DNA of 64,000 nucleotides, from the NCBI GenBank assembly GCA_002327905.1, contig DCUY01000067.1, positions 10,764-74,763 of the forward strand. The letters run 5' to 3'. The notes under the pieces are model-generated. The model did not search any database. It was not told the DNA's origin and was given only the letters and a program-made list of their open reading frames with translations. The translations under genes and the position numbers were made by a program. The DNA is from a candidate division WOR-3 bacterium UBA2202. GTDB lineage: Bacteria > Hydrothermota > 32-111. Positions 47,343 to 56,968 of the stretch are shown piece by piece; positions within the stretch are counted from its first letter, which is position 1; each line of letters begins with the position of its first letter.

Positions 47343-48469
47343 TGAAAAAAAAAATTCTTTTTATTTTCGGAACAAGGCCGGAAGCGATAAAGCTTGCTCC
47401 TCTTATTATTCTTGGGAAGCAAAATAGAAATTTCAGAGTGTTCACATGCTCCACAGGTCAACACAAGGAGATGCTCTCACAGGTTATTGATTTTTTTTCT
47501 ATAAAGATTGACTATTCTCTCAGAGTAATGAAGCCAAATCAGTCACTCTCCTATCTCACAGGAGAAATCGCCAAAGGATTGGAAGATATTATTTCCGAAA
47601 CAAAGTTTGATTTAATCATCGTGCAGGGCGATACTACAACCGCATTTATCGGTTCTCTAATAGCCTTTTACCATAAAATTCCGATCGCCCATGTGGAGGC
47701 CGGACTAAGAACACATGACAAATACGCGCCTTTTCCGGAAGAATCCAACAGAGCAATGATTTCAAGAATCTCAGATTTCAATTTTACTCCCACGGTAGTT
47801 TCTCAAAAGAATCTGCTTAGAGAAAATATAGACTCAAAGAATATTTTTATTACAGGAAACACAGTAATTGATGCGCTCTTGCTGGGAAGAAAAATAATAA
47901 AATCAAAGACTTGGTCTAAAAAATTAAAAAAGGAGTTTGAGTATCTTCCTAAGAATAAAAGATTGATTCTTGTAACCGGACATAGAAGGGAGAGCTTCGG
48001 CCTGCCTTTTGAAAATATCTGCAATGCCATTAAAACAGTAGCAGAACAGAGAAAGGATATCCATATTATATATCCTGTTCATTTGAATCCAAATGTGAGA
48101 AAGCCGGTAATGAATATACTTGGAAATATTAATAATATCACGCTTATTGAACCTGTATCATACCCTGAAATGATTTACTTGATGGAATTTGCTGATGTGA
48201 TTCTAACGGACAGCGGAGGAGTTCAAGAGGAGGCGCCTTCTTTTTGCAAGCCTGTTTTCGTAATGAGAGATGTTACCGAAAGACCTGAAGGAATAACTGC
48301 CGGTGTTGCAAAACTTGTAGGATCCGACTCCAAGAAGATAGTTTCAAATATTATTAAAGTTTTAAATGATGATAAATATTACAAATCATTTTCATTAAGA
48401 AAGAATCCTTATGGAGACGGAAAAGCTTCTCTCAGAATTTTGAATATCTTTGAGGAAGTTTTAAGATGA
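47339..48469 (+). CDS. wecB: UDP-N-acetylglucosamine 2-epimerase (non-hydrolysing)
   Basis: KILFIFGTRPEAIKLAPLI N-terminus, HVEAGLRT, and DSGGVQEEAPSF motif. Confidence 0.9.
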   Translation: MMKKKILFIFGTRPEAIKLAPLIILGKQNRNFRVFTCSTGQHKEMLSQVIDFFSIKIDYSLRVMKPNQSLSYLTGEIAKGLEDIISETKFDLIIVQGDTTTAFIGSLIAFYHKIPIAHVEAGLRTHDKYAPFPEESNRAMISRISDFNFTPTVVSQKNLLRENIDSKNIFITGNTVIDALLLGRKIIKSKTWSKKLKKEFEYLPKNKRLILVTGHRRESFGLPFENICNAIKTVAEQRKDIHIIYPVHLNPNVRKPVMNILGNINNITLIEPVSYPEMIYLMEFADVILTDSGGVQEEAPSFCKPVFVMRDVTERPEGITAGVAKLVGSDSKKIVSNIIKVLNDDKYYKSFSLRKNPYGDGKASLRILNIFEEVLR

Positions 48470-49716
48470 ATATCGGACTTATCACACCTTGGTTTGAACG
48501 GGGAGCCGGCAATGTATCAATTCAGTATCACGAAGCTTTGTCAAAATCCAACAAAGTATTTATATATGCTCGAGGCGGAGCGCATTACGAGAAGAAAGAT
48601 GAAAAATGGAGTAAATTCAATGTCACTTACGGCTTAAGAATTCCTTCTTATGCGCGAGATCAAATTTCTTCGAAACATCTTTCGCGCTGGATTATAAATA
48701 ACAAGATTGATATATTGTTTTTTAATGAGCAAGTCTCCTGGGAGATTATTTTTTGGCTGAAGTTGAATATGCCAGAAATCAAGATCGGTGCATATATAGA
48801 TTACTATACTGAAGAGACACTTCTGCTTTTTGATATGTATGATTTTCTGATATGCAATACAAAAAAGCATTTTTCTGCCTTCAACTGGCATCCTCAGGCT
48901 TACTTTATACAGTGGGGAACATCAAAGAGCAATTTGAATTATAATGAAAATAATGTCGGTAAAAAGGCTCCTGTTTTCTTTCATTCTTCTGGATTGAATC
49001 CTCACAGGAAAGGAACTGATTTTCTTATAAGAGCATTCGACAAAATTGAAAATGAAGATGCAAAACTGATAATTCACTCTCAAAATGAATTATTATTTCA
49101 GGAGGATGACCTTAACAAAATCATCAACTCAAAAAACATTGAAATTATTGAAAAAACCATACCGCTTCCGGGGCTTTATAATTTAGGCGATGTTTATGTT
49201 TATCCCTCAAGACTTGAAGGCATCGGACTGACAATTGCAGAGGCTTTAATGTCTGGTTTGCCTGCGATTGTTCCAGATGCGGCTCCAATGAACGAGTTTG
49301 TTGAACATTTAAAAACAGGGTGGCTTGTAAAAATTGATAGATTTGTCGCAAGATATGACGGATATTATTGGCCGCAGTCTTTTGTTGATTTAGATTCATT
49401 AAAGAGTGGTATGGAATTTTTTATAAATAATTTTTCAGAAATGCGGAAATTCAAGAAAAACGCCAGAGTGTCAGCCGAGACATTTTTTGATTGGGAAAAA
49501 CAACATGATGCAGTAAATAAAGTTTTTGGGGAATCTAAAGTAAAAAGTCCCGAGAGCAGAACTGTTGACATGTGTAAAAAATATATTTTGAATAAAAATC
49601 AACAATTACCGGAAATAATGAAAATGGTTTTATCTAAAGCTCCGCTTCCTTCAGCTTTTAAGAATTTGATCTATTCATCCATATTGAAAAAAAAGTGGGA
49701 GAGCAAAATATCATAG
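48466..49716 (+). CDS. Glycosyltransferase, GT-B fold (GT4-like)
   Basis: EGIGLTIAEALMSGLPAIV donor-binding motif of GT4 enzymes. Confidence 0.7.
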   Translation: MNIGLITPWFERGAGNVSIQYHEALSKSNKVFIYARGGAHYEKKDEKWSKFNVTYGLRIPSYARDQISSKHLSRWIINNKIDILFFNEQVSWEIIFWLKLNMPEIKIGAYIDYYTEETLLLFDMYDFLICNTKKHFSAFNWHPQAYFIQWGTSKSNLNYNENNVGKKAPVFFHSSGLNPHRKGTDFLIRAFDKIENEDAKLIIHSQNELLFQEDDLNKIINSKNIEIIEKTIPLPGLYNLGDVYVYPSRLEGIGLTIAEALMSGLPAIVPDAAPMNEFVEHLKTGWLVKIDRFVARYDGYYWPQSFVDLDSLKSGMEFFINNFSEMRKFKKNARVSAETFFDWEKQHDAVNKVFGESKVKSPESRTVDMCKKYILNKNQQLPEIMKMVLSKAPLPSAFKNLIYSSILKKKWESKIS

Positions 49717-51129
49717 CCTGAGAATTCTTTTCAATCCCTGTTTTACAACTCCATCCAATTTAAAAATTAATATAACCAGAGTTGAAGAGACTGCCATTAA
49801 AAGTATTTTCATTACAATTACAAATAGACTGTTTTTCAATAATCCTGCGACTGCGCATATAGCAATTATTATAAGACCTATAAGAACTTTTTTTAAATTA
49901 TGATCAAATTTAATCTTCTTTGAAACCTCTCTGTAGGTCAGAATGTAGATTAAAAAAGTCGAAACTAAATTTGTAAGACTGACAATTCTATAATCAAAAT
50001 ATTTTAAAAGCGATAGATTTAAGAGAATGTTTAAAACTGCTCCTATTGATACAATACCTGTCAATACATATGTTTTTCTTATTATCATAAAATAAAATGT
50101 GTGAAAATAATAAAGAACATATAAAATATTTGAAACTGAAATTATTGGAATTACTATTATTGATTTCATATACTCCGCCGTAGCAAATACTGATATCATT
50201 TCCCCTGCAAATAAAGAGAGAAAAGCACCTACAAGAAAGCAAAAACCGGAAATTTTAAGGAAATATGAGCTGAATATAGCATCTTTTTCATTTGAGTTAT
50301 AATATATTTTCAGACTCTCCACTCCCCATACAAGAGAGAATGGCGTTAATATCAGAATATTAAGAAGTGTGCCGATTCTGTTTCCCAAAGAGTACAGTCC
50401 CGCTTCATATCCGCCTCTTATATTCGTTATTATGATCCTGTCTGACATATTTACAAACCACATTGACAAGCCTGAAATCACTATCGGAGCACCCAATATA
50501 AATATTTCTTTGATTATTGTTTTGTCCCATATCAGAGAAAATTCCGGCAATAACATGATTGTTGAAAGTATAAATACCACTCCCTTTGCCAAAAACATAC
50601 CAAGAAAAGCTCCTTCAATACGCATATTCATCACAACTATCAGAAAATAAGTAAATATTAAAGTCAATGCTGAAGCTAAAACTGAAAAAAATGCAAATAT
50701 TTTTGATTTTTCTTTTGCCCTGAATATATTCAAAGGCACTTCAATTAAGGATTCCGAAATCGCTGACAAAATAATGATTGTGAATATTCGAGTAGAATCT
50801 ATTCCTATCAGCCATTTTATAAGATTGGCGCAAAAAATCATTGAAATTGCTCCCACCAGCAATGTTACTGAAAGGGAATATGCATAAGTTAGAAAAATAA
50901 TCTTTTGCCGCTTTCCAGAATCTTCCATATATAATTTTAGCATAGCTGCAGGGCCGCCACCTTTCATTATGATGCTTAGAACGGTATAAAGTGTTAACCC
51001 GGCCGAAAATATCCCAAACTCCTCAACTGTCATGTGTCTGGTGTATAGAGGGACCAAAAGAATCGCTATAGATCGGGAAATTATATTCCCAATTCCAAAG
51101 ATTGCAGATTGCTTAATTATTCTGTTCAT
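49711..51129 (-). CDS. wzx: Polysaccharide flippase (Wzx/MOP superfamily)
   Basis: 472 aa with about 12-14 TM. N-terminal KQSAIFGIGNIISRSIAILLVPLYTR is typical of Wzx/RfbX. Confidence 0.65.
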   Translation of the reverse strand: MNRIIKQSAIFGIGNIISRSIAILLVPLYTRHMTVEEFGIFSAGLTLYTVLSIIMKGGGPAAMLKLYMEDSGKRQKIIFLTYAYSLSVTLLVGAISMIFCANLIKWLIGIDSTRIFTIIILSAISESLIEVPLNIFRAKEKSKIFAFFSVLASALTLIFTYFLIVVMNMRIEGAFLGMFLAKGVVFILSTIMLLPEFSLIWDKTIIKEIFILGAPIVISGLSMWFVNMSDRIIITNIRGGYEAGLYSLGNRIGTLLNILILTPFSLVWGVESLKIYYNSNEKDAIFSSYFLKISGFCFLVGAFLSLFAGEMISVFATAEYMKSIIVIPIISVSNILYVLYYFHTFYFMIIRKTYVLTGIVSIGAVLNILLNLSLLKYFDYRIVSLTNLVSTFLIYILTYREVSKKIKFDHNLKKVLIGLIIIAICAVAGLLKNSLFVIVMKILLMAVSSTLVILIFKLDGVVKQGLKRILRL

Positions 51130-52507
51130 ACGGGATTGCCGTCTTGCTTGAATTATAATTTACCAAAATTGCAAAAATTATTCCTATTATGAGGTTGAAC
51201 CTGTAAATATACATGGCACTTGAAGAAATGCTTATTACGAGATAATTTAGCATTGAAACAATCAATGCAAAAACAATGTAATTTTCTCTATCATAAATCA
51301 AGATTCTTACAGCTTTAACGGAAAGAGTGAAAAATATGAGAAGAAGGGAAAAAAGTCCTATTAAGCCCATTTTATAAACGATTATTACATATGAATTATC
51401 AATTACTTCCTTTTGGAGACCGGTATTCTTTTGAAATACAGGAGCTCCGATTCCTGCTCCCATAAATGAGTCATCTGTGACCATTTTCATGACTTCTTTG
51501 AAATCCTCCTGTCTCACTCCCAAAGCTCTGTCATCCGATATTCTCTCGCTGGACATCGTGTTCATTCTTTCTCTGAGAAGCTTGAATATATTAAAATATT
51601 TGTTCATAAAAATCAATGATCCAGTAGCAAACACAGTAAGAATAACTATTGCAATAATTATTTTTTGAAAGGTATTCCTATTGAAACCGAGAGAAAATAA
51701 GAAATATCCAAATCCCAAAATTATATCTGCAAAAAGAATGAGCCATAAACTCCTTTGAAGAGACAAAAGAGCAAGAATTATCCCTATAATGCATATTGCA
51801 ATACGCACTGCTCTGCTCATCACACTCTGTTTAATAAATAATGAAAAAAAGGCAAGAGGAAATGCAAACAATCCTATATTTGCCTGCTGTGTCACAACTC
51901 TCTTAAAATCAAAATGCACAAAATTATAATAATATCTAAGGCAATATTCAATAAAAATAATTGCTGTAGCGAGAAAAATCACTTTTTCGTATTTTTTTGC
52001 AAGCAGAATATTATCACTTTCATCATTTAACAACAAAACCATTACATAGAGTGACTGATAAAAATATTCTCTGACAAGCCATTCGGATTTATACCCTTTC
52101 AAATAACCCATAATTGTAAAGATTATCAAAATTCCTTCAAAGAGAATGAAACTCACAGGCAGATAATTTATCCTATTTTTGATATTATTGTAATTTAATG
52201 TGTTTTTAACTAACAAATAGACCAGCAAAAGTATAAACCCTCCGATTATATGATAATCATTAATTCCTATGGATACCGGAGGTGAAGCATAATTACTCAA
52301 TGGAAAAATCAGAATTGCGAACATAAACAGCAGAAGCATATTCTTTACTATCAGGTACAAATATAAAACAATAAAAACTGCAACAATAAATAATGCTAAT
52401 AACAATAGAGTTTTGCCGAATAAAAAATAAGAGAGAATGAGAAGTCCCGCTAAAACCATCAGACAGAAAATTTCAAAAATTCGATTTCTTTTCAGACCAT
52501 TAAGCAT
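51113..52507 (-). CDS. Polytopic membrane protein, Wzy/O-antigen ligase-like polymerase candidate
   Basis: 464 aa, more than 10 TM, with a larger loop near the C-terminal third. Context within a Wzx/Wzz locus. Confidence 0.45.
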   Translation of the reverse strand: MLNGLKRNRIFEIFCLMVLAGLLILSYFLFGKTLLLLALFIVAVFIVLYLYLIVKNMLLLFMFAILIFPLSNYASPPVSIGINDYHIIGGFILLLVYLLVKNTLNYNNIKNRINYLPVSFILFEGILIIFTIMGYLKGYKSEWLVREYFYQSLYVMVLLLNDESDNILLAKKYEKVIFLATAIIFIEYCLRYYYNFVHFDFKRVVTQQANIGLFAFPLAFFSLFIKQSVMSRAVRIAICIIGIILALLSLQRSLWLILFADIILGFGYFLFSLGFNRNTFQKIIIAIVILTVFATGSLIFMNKYFNIFKLLRERMNTMSSERISDDRALGVRQEDFKEVMKMVTDDSFMGAGIGAPVFQKNTGLQKEVIDNSYVIIVYKMGLIGLFSLLLIFFTLSVKAVRILIYDRENYIVFALIVSMLNYLVISISSSAMYIYRFNLIIGIIFAILVNYNSSKTAIPYEQNN

Positions 52508-53576
52508 TTGAAGGTTTTGACTCTTTATAGATTGAATAAATCATAGAAAGTATCAGACCCAAGAATAATCCCAGAATAATTCCATCCCTCTTTTTAGGGA
52601 AAATATGAGTTTCAGGAATCTCGCCCCTATCAATTATATATATTGAAGGAACTGTATTTTTTTCATTAAGGACAGCCTTTTCAAGCTCGGCTTTTACTGT
52701 AGTATATAGATTTATTGAAATATCGGATTGAATTTTTAAAGCTATATACTCCTTGATCTTTGAGGGAAGCTTTGCCAATGAAATTTGATTTGATGATGAT
52801 ACGCTGTTGTAAAGACTGTCAATAACTGCCTCTGTTATCTTTGATTCTCTGTCAAACTGTTCGTATAATGATTTGTCATTTAACACTATTAAAGCTTTTT
52901 CTTTATTGATAAGTTGATTGGTCAATTCCTGCTTTAAAGGCATTACAATATTTGTGTAATATGATTCATATTCAATTTGCGGATATACAAGATTTTCTCT
53001 ATTTTGAAAGGATTTCAAACTGTCAAGGCGGGACTCCATTACACTTAAAAGCTCTCTTTCTCTTACTTCGAGATACTTGCGGTAATTTCTGGCGAGAAAA
53101 ATTTCACTCTCTTTATAAAATGAATCTATAACCTCAAGATATGAATTAGTAAGCAGAGTTGCAAACTCAGGGTCATTATCAACAGCGCTTAGCAGAATCA
53201 ATCCGTCTTTTAAGGGACTCACCGCAATATTTTCTTTAAGCCAGCCATATGCCATAAAGTTTTTCTTTATCTTCTTTTTCTCCATAAGAGAAGTCTTTTT
53301 GATAATATTATCCATAATGAAACGGGTTTGAATAAGGTTTTCAATATAAATTTTGGAATTTCCCGAACTCGTTCCGGAAATCAATCCTTTCAGCAAATCA
53401 ATTTCACCTGTGTTTGTAGAAGAATTGACAATGTAAAATGAACCTGTTGATTTATACTTTTTAGGCAAAGTAAGAGTCAGCAACAATCCCATAACAGCGC
53501 ATCCTATAGAGATAATTATTATGAACCGAAGTTGTTTTTTTAAAATTCGATAAATTTGTTCGAAAGTATAATTCAC
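52500..53576 (-). CDS. Polysaccharide chain-length determinant (Wzz/PCP family) protein
   Basis: N-terminal TM, a large coiled-coil periplasmic region, and a C-terminal TM (ILGLFLGLILSMIY). Confidence 0.55.
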   Translation of the reverse strand: MNYTFEQIYRILKKQLRFIIIISIGCAVMGLLLTLTLPKKYKSTGSFYIVNSSTNTGEIDLLKGLISGTSSGNSKIYIENLIQTRFIMDNIIKKTSLMEKKKIKKNFMAYGWLKENIAVSPLKDGLILLSAVDNDPEFATLLTNSYLEVIDSFYKESEIFLARNYRKYLEVRERELLSVMESRLDSLKSFQNRENLVYPQIEYESYYTNIVMPLKQELTNQLINKEKALIVLNDKSLYEQFDRESKITEAVIDSLYNSVSSSNQISLAKLPSKIKEYIALKIQSDISINLYTTVKAELEKAVLNEKNTVPSIYIIDRGEIPETHIFPKKRDGIILGLFLGLILSMIYSIYKESKPSNA

Positions 53577-53586
53577 ATTTCACCCC

Positions 53587-54456
53587 TTAAAAATTAATTA
53601 TTCTGTTCACTAACAAAGCAGTTAGTGTGGTGGCTATTATTGACAGAACCGTATTGAAATCTCTTATGTAAGCAAGGTAATTTGCCGGAATATAGATTTC
53701 ATCTCCGGGAAGAATTTGGCTTGAACTATTTTTGTATTTGCCGTTAGCTCCTTTGACCTTTATGCCGATGAAAGAACCGTAATGGGTTATTCCTCCGCAC
53801 ATTGCTATATACTCTCTCACCTTCAAATTCGGATTATAGGAGAGAACCTTTGGACTTTTGACTTCACCTGTAACAAATACCACATCTTTGTAAATAAAAA
53901 TATAATCTCCAAGCCTTACATAATCATCCAGTGATTTATTCTCCACAACAGAACCGTTTCTGACAAGTATTGAATCACTTGATATATTTATTCCTGAAGG
54001 AAACTCACTTAAAAGCAATTTGTATGTTTTGTTGATTTCAAAGCGTCTGTATGATATTTGATCTCCAAAATCTATATATACTCTTTCTTTGATATTCAGT
54101 AGCTCAATCTCTACATCTTTTACTACAAGAACATTTTGATATGACAAAAGAATACTCTGCTTCAATTCCTCCATAGTCTTTCCTGCAACATTTACTTTTT
54201 CAAAGGCGACAATATCTGCTTGTTGTTCGGTTGTTTGATTGAAATTTCCTTCAAATACATTTGAAACAGAGTTTTGTTTCAGTTTGTAAAGAAAAATATT
54301 ACCGTTTTTATTCACAGAGGTATTGAATTCAAGACCTTCAAAGTCTGAAAGTATAGTGATTCTGAGTTCATCGCCTATTGAAAGGTAAAAATCCTCTCCA
54401 TAGCAAATAAAACCGAAAATCATAATGCTTAAAATTAAAGATAGCCTTTTTTTCAT
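53587..54456 (-). CDS. Periplasmic polysaccharide export protein (Wza/SLBB-like) candidate
   Basis: Signal peptide. 289 aa. GDEIYIP and VFVTGEVKSPKVLSY SLBB-like beta-grasp motifs. No long C-terminal helix. Confidence 0.45.
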   Translation of the reverse strand: MKKRLSLILSIMIFGFICYGEDFYLSIGDELRITILSDFEGLEFNTSVNKNGNIFLYKLKQNSVSNVFEGNFNQTTEQQADIVAFEKVNVAGKTMEELKQSILLSYQNVLVVKDVEIELLNIKERVYIDFGDQISYRRFEINKTYKLLLSEFPSGINISSDSILVRNGSVVENKSLDDYVRLGDYIFIYKDVVFVTGEVKSPKVLSYNPNLKVREYIAMCGGITHYGSFIGIKVKGANGKYKNSSSQILPGDEIYIPANYLAYIRDFNTVLSIIATTLTALLVNRIINF

Positions 54457-54578
54457 TCATTCTCCTATTTTTAGTCTTTAAGTATAAAACAAATGGATAT
54501 TTTGTCAATAATATTGTTGAACATCGCCATCGGCAGATTTATCATTGCTTTTTGCTACAGATGTTTTATAATTAACAG

Positions 54579-56909
54579 ATGTTTATAAAAGTTATTTTCA
54601 TTCTCCTCTCTATCTTTCAATTCAATCATTTATGCGGAGAAAGCATCAAAATCGGCTGGTATTCAGACAGTGATGCAGAATATCTGAAAATGGCAACCGG
54701 TGTACTTCCGAATAAATATGGGTTTATTGACCCTTATCACAAATATTACAATTTATTTCTCAACTATTCCGTATTCAATTATTATGACAATTTTGAAAAT
54801 GTGGATTTACTTAAAACTACGGCTGTTCTGAATCTGGATTCTACATTGGTTTCTGATAAAAAATTCATAGCTGACTTGCCGCGCTATTCGGCTCTCTCAA
54901 GACTTTTATTCGTCTTTCCTCAAAAATCATCTTTCCCCGACACTTTCACATTTGATATTTATATTGCTTTTAAAGATGGGGCTGTGAAATCAGACACCAG
55001 CTCAATAAAAAAATTCTCATTCACCGGAAGAGATAACAGCTATCCTGTTTATTCTTTTCTCTCTTCTTATTCAACTGATACTTCATACTTCTATTCTGAA
55101 TTTAATTTCAATGACAAAGAGCTTTTTCATTCTATTAAAAATCCGTATGTATATAAACTTGCCGACATAGTAGGATTCTCTTTTCGAAAAGCAGAAAGAG
55201 ACTCTTGGCTTGTTGTAAAAATAATCTTCTCAAAAGATAAAAAAGATAGAGAGCTCCTAATATGCTCAGATACTTCAGCTTATAAGAATCTTCCGAAAAA
55301 CTCATTAAGTGAAGGCATTGTGCTGACGCTTGACGGGTATATCTCTGCAAATTATATAGATTTTAAGAAGATGGATTTTCAAGAAATGTATGAATCAGAC
55401 ATTTTAATTTCAAATCCTTATTATCTTTCACTTTCAGATACTCTTTTTAAGTGTTTTGATTTTAATATCAAAAAACTGCTAAAAGTTGTTGGGAAACAAG
55501 AACTTGATTCAATTACTGATATAATTTTTTATGCAAGAAACAGTGATATTGCAGATGTCTCATTCTCATACGATAATGCGTATTCGCTCTCTGCAATGAA
55601 ATCAATTGTTGACAGGATCTTGTCCTATAAAAACAAAAATATCTGGGGATTCTACACTGCAGATGAAGTTGAGAGATCCGAAGTATATAATCATGACAGG
55701 TGGATGCACTCTTATGCTGTCAAAAGCTATCCTTCAAATAGAATTTTAAAAAAAGATAAAAATACAGTAAAATTTCTTCAGAATGAAATAAGAAAATATA
55801 TCAAATCAAAGGGAAAGATGCCTTTTACTTTATCCACAATACATTTTTATACTGAAAAAGGGGGCATGATTTCAGATTATGATTCTTCTTTTTCCATTTC
55901 AACAGACTCTTTTATATTTTATGATGATTATTCTTACACAAACTCATTTGTCAACAACTTCTTAAAGTTAGAAAAATTATCGGATTCTCTCTCTCTTAAA
56001 ATACTATATGTCGGAGATGCATATTCTGCTCCAAGCAAACAATCTTTAAGTTTTAATAAAATGAAATGGCGGTTTTTCACTCCTCTTATAATGGGAGCTG
56101 ACGGTATGCTTTTCTTCTCTTACTCTTCAAGAAAAGTCTCATCTTTTAGTCAGTTGCTTGCGGACACGAATAAAATGAATATCGGATACTTCTCAAAATT
56201 CATATATGAAAACGGGATTATAGACTGCTTGCCTGACGCGGAGTTCTTTGTTATTCCTACAGGAAAATATCTCGACAGAATTTCTTCAGTTTTTTCTGAC
56301 AGTGTCGGCAATATTTTTATTATGTATTTTGGAAGAAATTTGAACACTCCTCTGCGCGAAGACGGAAATTTCAGAAATATGCTCTTCAACGAAGAAGATG
56401 AGGATATCAGAGAAGTAAAGAAACTTATGAAAAACAATAATTGCTTTGTCTCCGACATTACTCCATATCTTGATGAATCTCTTAATATAATTTCAGATGA
56501 ATCTGTCAGGAGTTTTTATGGAGCAGAGTCATGCGATTCTTCTGATATTTGTAAAATTCTTAATTCTAATTCATTCAATCTTTTGGTATCCGATTATGAT
56601 GTTAAAATTATAAATATATCCACTGCTGATGTCTCAAAATTTAACACTGTTTACTCAAAAGATACAATTTTTATCACAATTGCTGACCCTCAGGTTCTAT
56701 CTGAAGCATCTCTTTCAATATCATATTTGGATAGTAATCTGAAATTGGTGAGAAATAATTTAATTTATAGTTCTAAAGGTGCTCAAAATAAATGGATCAG
56801 ATACTCTAATAAAATTCCATTGAAAAATGGCATTAACTCTTCGAGCGGTCTTGTAATTAAATATATCAATGTTTGGGGAGAACGAAAATCCGAACGTGTT
56901 CATCTATAA
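54579..56909 (+). CDS. Large secreted hypothetical protein (776 aa)
   Basis: N-terminal signal-like hydrophobic segment. Rich in S/Y/F/N. No recognisable catalytic motifs. Confidence 0.4.
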   Translation: MFIKVIFILLSIFQFNHLCGESIKIGWYSDSDAEYLKMATGVLPNKYGFIDPYHKYYNLFLNYSVFNYYDNFENVDLLKTTAVLNLDSTLVSDKKFIADLPRYSALSRLLFVFPQKSSFPDTFTFDIYIAFKDGAVKSDTSSIKKFSFTGRDNSYPVYSFLSSYSTDTSYFYSEFNFNDKELFHSIKNPYVYKLADIVGFSFRKAERDSWLVVKIIFSKDKKDRELLICSDTSAYKNLPKNSLSEGIVLTLDGYISANYIDFKKMDFQEMYESDILISNPYYLSLSDTLFKCFDFNIKKLLKVVGKQELDSITDIIFYARNSDIADVSFSYDNAYSLSAMKSIVDRILSYKNKNIWGFYTADEVERSEVYNHDRWMHSYAVKSYPSNRILKKDKNTVKFLQNEIRKYIKSKGKMPFTLSTIHFYTEKGGMISDYDSSFSISTDSFIFYDDYSYTNSFVNNFLKLEKLSDSLSLKILYVGDAYSAPSKQSLSFNKMKWRFFTPLIMGADGMLFFSYSSRKVSSFSQLLADTNKMNIGYFSKFIYENGIIDCLPDAEFFVIPTGKYLDRISSVFSDSVGNIFIMYFGRNLNTPLREDGNFRNMLFNEEDEDIREVKKLMKNNNCFVSDITPYLDESLNIISDESVRSFYGAESCDSSDICKILNSNSFNLLVSDYDVKIINISTADVSKFNTVYSKDTIFITIADPQVLSEASLSISYLDSNLKLVRNNLIYSSKGAQNKWIRYSNKIPLKNGINSSSGLVIKYINVWGERKSERVHL

Positions 56910-56968
56910 GTATCTTAAATTATTTGGAAGATTCTTGACAAAACTCAATTTATATTTAATATTGACTT

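Noticed and set aside
56935-56963. TTGACA-16/17-TAATAT promoter-like element before the AsnB-like gene
   Set aside because: The -10 would end about 6 nt before the annotated ATG, and the -10 match is only 4/6. It is kept as a caveat on the start codon rather than reported as a feature.
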